The position numbers and the translations under genes were made by a program. The notes beneath the pieces were generated by a model. It was not told the DNA's origin. It did not search any database and saw only the letters and a list, made by a program, of their open reading frames with translations. From positions 45,101 through 109,100 of the IMG/VR virus record IMGVR_UViG_3300044970_001982: a stretch of 64,000 nucleotides of DNA, one strand, 5' to 3'. Source of the stretch: a virus. The first letter of the stretch is position 1. Every line of letters begins with the position of its first letter. Shown here in pieces: positions 1 to 10,500 of the stretch.

Positions 1-1
1 A

Positions 2-2122
2 TGACTTTATAGATTCTATATAAATATTTCTTTTAATAAAATCTATTTCATTTGGAGTATAATTCGAATAGTCTAACTTATAAGATGCCACAAATAGACT
101 ATTAGGAGAATATACATTGTTTGATAATGTAATAGTTTTTAACTGAGGATTATATGAATAGTTTGCAGTTCCTCTAGTAACTAACATTCCATCTTTATAG
201 ATGGTAATAGAGTCTGGTATTGCATGGAACCTAATTTCAGCTTTATTATTGCTTGAATTAACGAATAAAACTTCAGAATCAATATACTCCAAACCATAAG
301 GGGTTATGGGAATCCAATCTTGCTCTTGATTAGGTACTGATTTGTTTGATACCGATAGTTCGTAAGACGCTAATATCTTTAAATCTTTATCAGCTCTTGA
401 AACATCTACGGAGTTCAAACCACTATTAACCTTTGCCTTAACTGCTAATATTTGTCCGTCAACAGGTATCTTTCTACTTACATAAGCTGCTTTTGTCGTA
501 TTTTGTGATAATGTTTCTATAAACTCTATAGAATTTAAAGAAAAAGAATATTCATAACTATTTTCAGATTCTTGTGTTAAAGTAGAACTAACTGAAGTGT
601 ATTGACTGTTTGCAATAGTTGGAGCTATAGACTGTGTGTTATATCCACTTATGCTATTAGATCCATTTGATTTTATGAAAGATGGATCTGATAAAGAATT
701 TGGCGCGCTGCCAGAACTTAGTCTTTCTATAAATTTTTCATTATTAAATAGATTTAACTTACCGGAAAAACTATCTAACATGTTGTTCATTAAGTTAATA
801 AATATAGGTGTATTGGTGTAGATGTTTCTATCTTCAATAACTAAAGTATTAAAATCTTTTATTTGTTGACTCAAATTTGACAAATAACTATCAAATTCTT
901 GAGGGAATCTATAGCTATAATAGTCAGTATCTGAATAGTTATTTTTTGAAATTCCTGAGATTGTATTTTTTTTCTTAAAGAACCAAAATACTACATCTTG
1001 ATATTTACTGAATCTAGTCTTTCTATCATCAATGATTGATCTGACAAATAGATCTAAAACTTTTGCGTTTAGTTCTGAACTAACCGGCGTTTTATTACTT
1101 CTAATATAATTAGACTGGTTAAATATAAAAGTAACTTTACTAATATTTCTTTTATCAAATTTAAGATCTAATGTACCATTTATAAGTGTTGGTGTTTGAA
1201 GTAATTTGTAATAATTTTCTGATGGGGTTAGATTGTTCGACTGTTGTGGAGAATCCGTGTATACAATAACTTGTAAGAGTTGTAAGTTATTTGAATAATT
1301 AGGATTAACTCTTATTGTATCAATAGATACCGGTCTTTCAAATTCAACCTCAGATAAAGTTGCTGCTCCTGATAATAATGTATAGTCATATCCAAGCAAG
1401 GACTTATACTCTTCTAGTTGCGCATTTAGTATTGCTGGCGACTTTACTGTGATCGTCCATGAGTCTGAAAAATTCTCATTAAATAGATTTTCAAAATCAG
1501 TTTTTGTCGTAATATAATTGTTGTAATTATTTTTTATTTTTATAGATTTTATATTTCTAATTACATTTTTTGAATCTTGAGTTTTACCAATTTTTAAAAC
1601 TCCAGCCTTACCATCTATGAAAGAATTTCCATTTTCTACAAAAGCAGCTCCGTCTCTATCTGGAATGGAAATAATTAAATTATCAAACTTATAATCATTA
1701 ACAAAACTATCGAACTTTTCTATATAATTAGAATTGTATAAATCATCTTTTCCTGAGATAAATTCATAATTATCTATAAATAGTTCTAGTTTGGAAAGAT
1801 CATTTTCAGCTTTTTCTATTTCAGAAGAAAATACATCCACCATAGAACTTAATGCTATACCTGTAGCATTTGCTGCTGAATAAAAACTTTGTAATCTCAA
1901 AAAGATATTTCTAAATGAGTCGATCATTATTTCTTTAGATAGGACAGAAAACATTGGAATGTTTGCTGCAGAGAAATTTTGGTCAACGACGGTATTAGAA
2001 ACTCTATTAACAAGAGTAGACAAATCAGATTTCCCAACCTTCATTTGTCTAATTAGTGAAGCGACTGTTGTTCTGGTTGAAGACGAGTATTGATTAATTG
2101 TTTCCGGCAAATAGTTTATCAT
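2..2122 (-). CDS. Baseplate/tail structural protein, 3' end truncated by the window edge (over 700 aa); absent from the ORF track
   Basis: ATG at 2122 directly after the upstream TAG. Translates MINYLPETINQYSSSTRTTVASLIRQMK..., and the same frame is still open at the window start (...TPNEIDFIKRNIYIESIKS). The middle was not checked codon by codon. Confidence 0.8.
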   Translation of the reverse strand, partial: MINYLPETINQYSSSTRTTVASLIRQMKVGKSDLSTLVNRVSNTVVDQNFSAANIPMFSVLSKEIMIDSFRNIFLRLQSFYSAANATGIALSSMVDVFSSEIEKAENDLSKLELFIDNYEFISGKDDLYNSNYIEKFDSFVNDYKFDNLIISIPDRDGAAFVENGNSFIDGKAGVLKIGKTQDSKNVIRNIKSIKIKNNYNNYITTKTDFENLFNENFSDSWTITVKSPAILNAQLEEYKSLLGYDYTLLSGAATLSEVEFERPVSIDTIRVNPNYSNNLQLLQVIVYTDSPQQSNNLTPSENYYKLLQTPTLINGTLDLKFDKRNISKVTFIFNQSNYIRSNKTPVSSELNAKVLDLFVRSIIDDRKTRFSKYQDVVFWFFKKKNTISGISKNNYSDTDYYSYRFPQEFDSYLSNLSQQIKDFNTLVIEDRNIYTNTPIFINLMNNMLDSFSGKLNLFNNEKFIERLSSGSAPNSLSDPSFIKSNGSNSISGYNTQSIAPTIANSQYTSVSSTLTQESENSYEYSFSLNSIEFIETLSQNTTKAAYVSRKIPVDGQILAVKAKVNSGLNSVDVSRADKDLKILASYELSVSNKSVPNQEQDWIPITPYGLEYIDSEVLFVNSSNNKAEIRFHAIPDSITIYKDGMLVTRGTANYSYNPQLKTITLSNNVYSPNSLFVASYKLDYSNYTPNEIDFIKRNIYIESIKS

Positions 2123-2123
2123 A

Positions 2124-5100
2124 CTAGCTCCAAGAGTTTCCTTCTAGATCTTGTAGATCAAAAACCACTCCAGCTGTTAAGTTATTCCGAATAACATCAT
2201 AAATTTGTTTAGGATCAACAAAGTTTTCTTTTACTTCTTGTGGAATTTGAATAATCACGTAGCCACCTCTGTTATAAGTATTTCCCTGTGGTGGATAAAC
2301 GTCCCAATAAGATAGTACATCATATTCCTCTGTCAACGAGTTATTGTTTAGAGAATCTAAAATTTCCGAATTATCCAAATCACCTCTTAATCCGCCACCT
2401 CTAACTCTTAGGTCTACGAAGTTTGTTGCTATAGAATTTGGCTTATTGGTGACATAGATAACTGCTATTGTTAAAGCAAATGGATTATAGTTTATTGATG
2501 TGCTGTCGAAAATGGAAGAATCATATGTAAAGTTTATACCACTATTATATGAATAATCATCTATTTTTTCATAAGCTAAACTAGAAACTGGAATTCCATT
2601 TAAAAGCGATTCATTGTAGTTTGCGTATCTATATACGTTATTTGGAAGAATATAAATATAAAGTGGTTTATCAAAACGAATCGTTTCTTGATTAAGAAGC
2701 GGATTTAATGGAATTGGAAAACCATCCACTTCTCTTAATAGAAGGTTATTATTTTCTGTACTATAATTAACCTTTATTAATGATCTGCTAGATGGAACTA
2801 TAGCCTTTTTAAAACTAATTAATCCAGTATAACAATTTACATCCTTTATTATTGAATAATCTACTTCTACCCATGCACTAGATATGGATTCTCTTGTATA
2901 TATTTTTATTTCTGGCTTAATTATTCCAACTATAGAATTCAGATTATCTGTAGGATGATTCCATGCAACTATTGGAGCTCTTCTAACTTGAATTGTTTTT
3001 GTATCTATAATTGATGGATTTTCATCAACAACATCATAGTATCCATAGCCAAATACTGTTGACCAAGCTATGTTTGGTGTATCCAAAGTAGAATACTGGC
3101 CAACTAAACGTTGTCCCATATAATTCCACTTCCAATCGTGCCATTTAATATTTGGATCTATATATATTTCCTTATTAAAGGATCCGTTAGAAACTGGAAG
3201 CTCCCAAGTATCAAACTTAGAAATGTTTTGACTAATAGAGCCGACATTTATAGATGTATTTGATTTGTATTTAACAGAATATACAGGCACTAAGTATTTT
3301 AGTGGAACTCTTGATGGAATAAATGTATTTGTATTGTTTAAGCCAAAGAATTCACCATCTCCACTTTGTCCATCAGCATCTAGTGCGCATATAGCTATGT
3401 ATATGTTTGCTGAACTCCTAGAGAATGCTTCCCCTGACCTTGAATACAAATCAATATAGTTTATATAATTTCCTAAGAACTTTCTTTCGGAAACATCATA
3501 GAAGCCATATCTAATTCCATCATCTGGTAATTCGTTATAAACAGAGAAGTAACCATATCTTAGATCTGTTTCTTGAGAAGATATATTTTGGTAGGTCGAC
3601 GCATCAATTGCGGCTCTGATCTGCGAGTAAGTTGGTAGCCCAACTGGTGCGCCCGCGTCATTGCATAATAATAAAACGCCATCTCCATAATTAATAGTAT
3701 TCTTACCAGAAGGGAGAATGTTACCAGATAGTGTTTTGAGTCTAAAATTACTTGATAGATCTATTGGTTGAGTTCTAACCAAAGATGTTCCATAGTATGT
3801 TGCTGATGTGTCAAATGTTATTGTATTTGAAGTATTTGTGTATGAAACGGCGTTTGAAGAAACTTCTGCCCCAGTTGAAGTTCGTATGTTAGATACGGAA
3901 AGGTTGCTAAGAGTTACTGATCCAGTGCTATTTGTAAAAGACTCTACTTTGATTCTGGAGTTTTCAAAACCATCAGACCCAATTTCTAATTCACCTTCAT
4001 CTATCTCTATTGTGGAATTGCCAAAAGATAAAGAGGTAATATAATTAGATAATCTAGACAGCTCGTTAACGTTTCTTACATTTAAATTCTTTGGAACGCT
4101 TGGAGATAAATCAGATATAGAAGTACTAAAAACAACTTCTACATCTACAGATATTGGAGTATTTTCATCCTCATATCCAGTTTCTGTTCCACCATCAACT
4201 GTTCCATTAATTTTAATTCCAGAAATTCCGAAACCTTCACCTTGACCAAAGCCAGGAGAAATTGCCAAACCCTCTATTCCTACAATTATATATCTACAGC
4301 TATTTGCTTCTAGATTATTTATTGGTATATTTATATCTCCTGAGGCAGCCGATAGGTTAAGGGCTTCAAGTTTAGAATATTTAAATATATTTGTTTCAAA
4401 TGTTGGACCCCAGCCAACTGAAACTACTTTGAAGTTTCTCCATCTAGCGTCTTGTTGATCAGGGGTAATTGTTATCCCAGTAACATTTATCATTGAACTT
4501 GGAACTTGCATAAACAAGATGTCTGCTCCGAGTTTAGGTCCAACTGTTCCTGTGAAAGTTATCTTTCTGTATGGTCTTCCGGAGTTAACATCTGGCGCTA
4601 AAGACATTGTTTCAACTTTAGATATATATTTTCTTATGTCTGGAGTAGCAAATGCTTTCCAATCATCTAAAGCTTTTTGTCCCTCAAAAGCTCTTTTTAT
4701 TAACCACACAAGAGCTAAATACCATTTAGTCTCACTATCAACTTTGTAATCTTTAAATCTTTGATTATTAGCTACTTGGAAATTGTATACAGCCTGAGCA
4801 GTAACTGGCCCATATGATCCATCTATAGCCCCTTTATATTTCCCAGCTGCTGCTAAAGTATACTGTATATATTTTACATATTCATGTGTTGGCGAACCTT
4901 GAACCCAAATTCTAGGATCTCCATGTATATCTATATCACCTGTGTAAGGGAATATGTTTGAGGCATCTGCTACGTTAGTTGATCTACTGGTTTGATAGTC
5001 ATCGATTCCAGACTTTACATTTTCTGCGGGAAGTGTAGCTGGTTTTGGTCCAACAGGAATGTCTATTTCTTTTTTACCCTTGTATGTGGCGTTGACAGTG

Positions 5101-7595
5101 TAGTTTGCTTTTCCTGTAAAATTGAAGTTAAAGCTGTAAGGAACATCGCTTCCTTCATACATGGTATATAGGGACTTTAGTCTAAATGGATATGAATTAA
5201 ACCCTAAAGATGGACTTAATAAGTTTGTTAAAGATCTTGATGAACTACTATTAACTGGCCTTTCGAGCAATATATGTGGGCCCAAACCTAGTATTCTTGA
5301 CAACGATCTACTATATTTTTGCGTGTATGCATATAGTGGTCTTGTGGCTGGATTTGAAGAACTTGAAGTATTTATCTTATATAACGTATAAGAAGAAGGA
5401 ATATCTACAGAAGCAGAATTTGGATCAGCTACTTTTGTAGAGTCTTTAATTGTTACATCTGGATTAGTAATTTCAACATAGAATTCAATGTCGTCTACAG
5501 ATAATTCTTCTATTATTGACCTTTGGAATTGCGACATCTTTAATGTAAGCTGTGATTTAAAGTAGTCAAATATGCTTGTATTAGTAGATGCTGAATTTTT
5601 CGTTAAATTCCTTGCATAAAGAGACGTACTAGAGTTTATTGATATAAGATCAAAATCCGGCTTTTCACTGTCTTCAAGAGCTGAGGAATACATAACCCAA
5701 GAGGAAGACCAGTCTGTAATAAAATTGATTATTGAAGAGGCCAAACTTGTTTGTCTCATCGACAGAGCTTTGCAATACATGGCGTATGAGATGGAGTTAA
5801 ACAACAACTTGAATGGCCCTTCTATAACAGAAGAAAATAGAGTTGTACTACTATTAATTGTACCAAAATGTGATGTTCCATTATTAATATTTAATACTTT
5901 GTCTGGATTTGCAATATCATAAATACTGTTACAGTATGACATTAGCCCAAATGTTGTGGCTAATATATTTCCTTTTGTAAGGCTATCATTTTGACGCGGA
6001 TATGATAATAGAACGCCAATTGACTTAAGATCAGAAGAACTAGGTCCAGCTTTAACAAATGTATTTGAACTTACTGCATTAGCAAAGTACTTATAGCTTT
6101 TGGGTGAAACTCCATTTATTTTACTAGAGCCTATAACGCTATAATAATTTTTTTCAAATATTGTATCATTTATAGTCCATCCACCATTTTTTGTTGCATC
6201 AATACAGATACTGCTATCTATCATGTCAACATTATTGGCTACTACAGAAGATGTCATATTTAGTTGTCCTCCGGAGTTTACATTAGATGCATTAGGGCAG
6301 AAGGACAGGTCTAGGATAAGTGTTCCAAAATTATTGGCAACAAAGTTATTTATAAGACTAGCTTGACTAGAAGTTATTGTAGAGTCAGGAGACCAAAGAA
6401 GCACATCGAATTGACTTAACTGGGCTGAAGTAACTGAGTCTATATTTACTTTCCAATAATTAGCTAAAGATTTGTCTGTTAATGTCGTAAGTGGATTTTC
6501 AAATACAAGCTTAGTTAAATTAAATGGAGAATTTTCTAATCTATACAAAACGTATGGATTAATATTTTGATTTGTTGAGCCTGAATAAAGAATTCCAGCT
6601 TTGACAGTTCTTATTCTAACTGGAGAATCTGGATTAGAATCTATTTCATAATCTATGTCTTGTAAATTAATATTTCTTCTTATTTTTCCTATTATTCTCC
6701 AATTGAAAACTTCATAATTTCTATAGTCTTTAATTGCCTTGCTTGGTACAAGAGCTTGATATCCGTTTGTTATAGAAACATGACCTGTGTTTACACTGGA
6801 ATAATTTTCGTCAATCTTTTTAATTGAAAAATTTCTAGATCCATAATAATTAGGATCTATAACAAAAGACTCTTCTGGAATATTATTAAAGTATTTAACA
6901 GCATTTATAGTTTCTGTATATCTTAACTGTTGATTGCTAAATTTTCCGTTTTCATCAGATTCAACTTTATTGTACATTAACTTAAGGTTTAAAGGATAGG
7001 AGCTATCCAGTACAACTATAACTCTGTATGGTATTTCCTCTAGATTAACGTTTGCACTAGTTTTATATGGTTCTAATAGAATCTTATATTTTTTTCTATT
7101 TGTATTTAGATCAATATAATCTTTTCCAAATTCATCTAAAACCTTTATGCCAAGATTATATATTTGATCTTGGTCAGGAAGATTGTTGTAAGATGTAAAA
7201 TTAAAAATTGCAGGAGCGGCAGTAAAGTATCTACTTATATAAACATAGTGACCAAAATCGTTAGCGTTTATTTCGGTAGGATTCAGTGTTTCAGATACTG
7301 TTGGCCTGTGTAGAAATAGGTTACTTATCGTAATGTCATCAGTTGATAATACTGATGATCCGTTCATTCTTCTTAAGATTCCCAACTCATCTGCGTACAT
7401 TAGTTCTGCGTCATAGGATTCTTTTATTTTATTTTCTAGAATTGTTTCTGAAACATTTACTGTAACTATGTTATTTTTTGGAGAAATTGATTCTGATGTA
7501 TACCAAGATAAAACTGCTGCGTCTGCAGGAACGTTTGTTCCTATTTTGATTGCTTTTTCATTTTCGTTTGTAGTAATGTTGGTAAATTTTTTCAT
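2124..7595 (-). CDS. Large baseplate/tail protein with an internal peptidoglycan-binding (PG_binding_1-like) domain
   Basis: 1823 aa, beta-rich. Segment VKYIQYTLAAAGKYKGAIDGSYGPVTAQAVYNFQ...DYKVDSET (~4720-4885) matches the PGBD DGxYGPxTxxAVxxFQ signature. Confidence 0.7.
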   Translation of the reverse strand: MKKFTNITTNENEKAIKIGTNVPADAAVLSWYTSESISPKNNIVTVNVSETILENKIKESYDAELMYADELGILRRMNGSSVLSTDDITISNLFLHRPTVSETLNPTEINANDFGHYVYISRYFTAAPAIFNFTSYNNLPDQDQIYNLGIKVLDEFGKDYIDLNTNRKKYKILLEPYKTSANVNLEEIPYRVIVVLDSSYPLNLKLMYNKVESDENGKFSNQQLRYTETINAVKYFNNIPEESFVIDPNYYGSRNFSIKKIDENYSSVNTGHVSITNGYQALVPSKAIKDYRNYEVFNWRIIGKIRRNINLQDIDYEIDSNPDSPVRIRTVKAGILYSGSTNQNINPYVLYRLENSPFNLTKLVFENPLTTLTDKSLANYWKVNIDSVTSAQLSQFDVLLWSPDSTITSSQASLINNFVANNFGTLILDLSFCPNASNVNSGGQLNMTSSVVANNVDMIDSSICIDATKNGGWTINDTIFEKNYYSVIGSSKINGVSPKSYKYFANAVSSNTFVKAGPSSSDLKSIGVLLSYPRQNDSLTKGNILATTFGLMSYCNSIYDIANPDKVLNINNGTSHFGTINSSTTLFSSVIEGPFKLLFNSISYAMYCKALSMRQTSLASSIINFITDWSSSWVMYSSALEDSEKPDFDLISINSSTSLYARNLTKNSASTNTSIFDYFKSQLTLKMSQFQRSIIEELSVDDIEFYVEITNPDVTIKDSTKVADPNSASVDIPSSYTLYKINTSSSSNPATRPLYAYTQKYSRSLSRILGLGPHILLERPVNSSSSRSLTNLLSPSLGFNSYPFRLKSLYTMYEGSDVPYSFNFNFTGKANYTVNATYKGKKEIDIPVGPKPATLPAENVKSGIDDYQTSRSTNVADASNIFPYTGDIDIHGDPRIWVQGSPTHEYVKYIQYTLAAAGKYKGAIDGSYGPVTAQAVYNFQVANNQRFKDYKVDSETKWYLALVWLIKRAFEGQKALDDWKAFATPDIRKYISKVETMSLAPDVNSGRPYRKITFTGTVGPKLGADILFMQVPSSMINVTGITITPDQQDARWRNFKVVSVGWGPTFETNIFKYSKLEALNLSAASGDINIPINNLEANSCRYIIVGIEGLAISPGFGQGEGFGISGIKINGTVDGGTETGYEDENTPISVDVEVVFSTSISDLSPSVPKNLNVRNVNELSRLSNYITSLSFGNSTIEIDEGELEIGSDGFENSRIKVESFTNSTGSVTLSNLSVSNIRTSTGAEVSSNAVSYTNTSNTITFDTSATYYGTSLVRTQPIDLSSNFRLKTLSGNILPSGKNTINYGDGVLLLCNDAGAPVGLPTYSQIRAAIDASTYQNISSQETDLRYGYFSVYNELPDDGIRYGFYDVSERKFLGNYINYIDLYSRSGEAFSRSSANIYIAICALDADGQSGDGEFFGLNNTNTFIPSRVPLKYLVPVYSVKYKSNTSINVGSISQNISKFDTWELPVSNGSFNKEIYIDPNIKWHDWKWNYMGQRLVGQYSTLDTPNIAWSTVFGYGYYDVVDENPSIIDTKTIQVRRAPIVAWNHPTDNLNSIVGIIKPEIKIYTRESISSAWVEVDYSIIKDVNCYTGLISFKKAIVPSSRSLIKVNYSTENNNLLLREVDGFPIPLNPLLNQETIRFDKPLYIYILPNNVYRYANYNESLLNGIPVSSLAYEKIDDYSYNSGINFTYDSSIFDSTSINYNPFALTIAVIYVTNKPNSIATNFVDLRVRGGGLRGDLDNSEILDSLNNNSLTEEYDVLSYWDVYPPQGNTYNRGGYVIIQIPQEVKENFVDPKQIYDVIRNNLTAGVVFDLQDLEGNSWS

Positions 7596-10500
7596 CAGTA
7601 TTCCTCATGATCCGGATGCAATAGCGAGTAGTCAACGACTATATTTGGAGTTGTTCCCATTATTCCCATCTGATACTGTGTATATTTATTTAACATAGTC
7701 CATACTGGGGGTTGCCAGTTTGGTGTTGTATCTAATGAATATAGTACCGATGGATTAGTGTGGTTGTAAACAAAATTAGGAGTTGCTATTAGCTCTGAAT
7801 TGTCTTGCTTGTTTACTGTATATATGTTTGGAAGCGGGATATCCGATTCATTGCTATATTGAATTGGGTCATAGGATTCATACCAATATATAACATCTCC
7901 AGCTATAGTAACGTCTGTTGAATCAACAGTTTCCCCATCTTCTTCTAAAAGATTTCGAACAATTTCATCATTAACTATATTAACTCTAGCAAACCAATAT
8001 CCTGGAGCGCCAACTTCCTGTGAAGTCATTGCAGTATCTATTTCAAAACTACCATCAGCCTGTGAGGTAATTAAATAATCTGGTGTTGCAGCAAAGAGGT
8101 CTTTTAGGGTTCTTGCCTTATTCCAAGCTATCTGAACTTCGTGGTTAAATGAATCATTTTTCCACAATATTTTTCCAGATATTCCTATTGAGCTAACTCC
8201 GTCGGCATTTACTATAAAATCTGTGGGAGCTGCTTTTATCCAAACTCTATTTGGTTCAGTTCTTCTAATATTAAAGGGTATACTTTCAACGTAAGATCCT
8301 GTCTGGCTATTAGATCCACCATTTGGTGTAGCCGATCCTATACCAGTAATGGTAATTGTTGAAGAAGTTACCTCGGCTGGCTGAGGACCTGTATATCTTA
8401 TGAGTGTTTTTGCTAATCCATTATCATTCGTTGTTACATAATTTGGTGTAGCTAATATTAGGTTACCTGAAATTTCAAAAGTTTGACCAGGCTTTATGTT
8501 ATCATTTTCATCATAAGAAACTATGGAGAGGTGCATTATGTCAGAGTATGCGTCGGAGATATACCCTGGAGATAGGTATGTTTCTGTATGAGAGAAATCA
8601 TATTCACTTAATGATACATAAACATACCCCTCATCAATGGGGTTAACATCTGGGCTTACATCTAAATCTATTGTCTGAGTATTGTCATTAATTGCTGATT
8701 CATATGTAATTGAATATATTTCTTCATAGTTAGGTGTTGTACTAAAGTAAATATATGTATTATATTCATCGTTTACAGAATCATAAACACGATTATCTAT
8801 ACTCCATGCCTGATTAACTGTATAAGTTACTTCATATTCTCTTCCAATAATTGATGGAGTTGACTGATCGAAGCACTCTAGCTTATTTGTTGCGGTTGAT
8901 AAATCTGAGAATAATATTTCGCCAGTATATTTATCTGCAACCGTAATATTAAATACATCTTCATAGGCTAAGTATAGCGAGTTGCCAAAATTCCCATAAA
9001 CAGACTCTGTATTTACAAAGGATAAATTACCAGGTGTTGCGCTATCTTCAAAAACTATATTTCTATACTGTGTTTCATGAACATTAACAATAATTGGAGA
9101 TCCGTTGGTAGGCGTAGAGTTCAACTTTATAGAGAAGAATTGACCATTAAATGTCTCTGTAACTGGTTCTGAATAAACGTAATATTCATCTTCATTTAAG
9201 AACAGATGGCCAGTGTGAATTGCTCTTCTCTTGGCCATTAGTGCAGCTGTGTCTTTTTTAGCATGCAAAGAGACTTCTATTGAATCAGAGTTTTCTACAG
9301 CGTTGTTTATGTTTTCAACTAGTTGATCCTTATTTTCTACGTATACAATAATATCATTTGTATCAGAAAGAAAGTTAATGTCTTTAATATCATATATATA
9401 TTCCAAGTTCAAATTAAAACTATTTGAATCTAAATTAATAGTCTTTAAAAATGTGTCTGAGTTGAAATAAGAAACTAAATATTGTTCCTCATTTTCATAA
9501 ACATTATCTAAAGAATCTATAAATCCACTGAACAACTGAGGTGTTGTTTGCGCTGAAAAAGAAAAATATTCCTCTCTATATAGAGGATAATAATTTCCAG
9601 ATGCCGACTCAAATTTAATATAACTTGGAGTAGATGAGAAGTTAATTGTTGCAGAATCAAAATACTGCGGAGTGGTTAGCTGAACTCCACTTTCATCATA
9701 AAATGAGTATAATATATTTGGCGAAGATGGAACAAGATATCTATTATTGTCTACAAAATCAACAACAGCACCACCAGCAGTGTTGTTAATTATATTGTCT
9801 GTGCCAAAGTAAGCCAACCCTACTGGTGCAGCAGAATTAATATACAAATACTCTGGAGTAGCGTTAGGTGGATATATGATTAGATCAACTAGATCATCTA
9901 CATATATAATTGGTGTTGTTAAACTCTGCTCAAACCTACTATTTCCTTCGTTCAAGTACACATAAGAAGATATTTGGTTAGTGTCTTGAATAAAGACATC
10001 ATCATTATATATGGTAGATCCTATTCTAAGATTAACATTATCTGCAGTTATATTTGGAGATGCTATAGATGTTTCTGTTCCAGCAGAAGGATTTACATAG
10101 TAGTTTGGAGTGGATAGATTAAATCCCCCCCAATAATCGCCAATGTCAATAGTTGTATCATAATCTTGAGTTAGATAATCCCAACCACCATTAGAAAATA
10201 CTATCTTAACTTGAGATACATCTTCTATAGATATAGAAGAGAAATTAGGGGATGATGGGTTGTTGTATACTTCATTGTATGTTTTATCTCTAAACTCAAT
10301 ATCATTTAAAGTATTACCTTCTTGCGTGAATATCTTAATAAGATTAAATTCTGGACTTGATACATGATCCTGTCCATATCTATTGTAAACATAAAAATCT
10401 TCTCTATTCAAATAGTTAAGATTTGCATAGAATGTCGATGGAGTGGCGTAATTTGCATGCGCTTTGGTTGTTACCTCATAGGTAAGCCCAACTCCACCAT

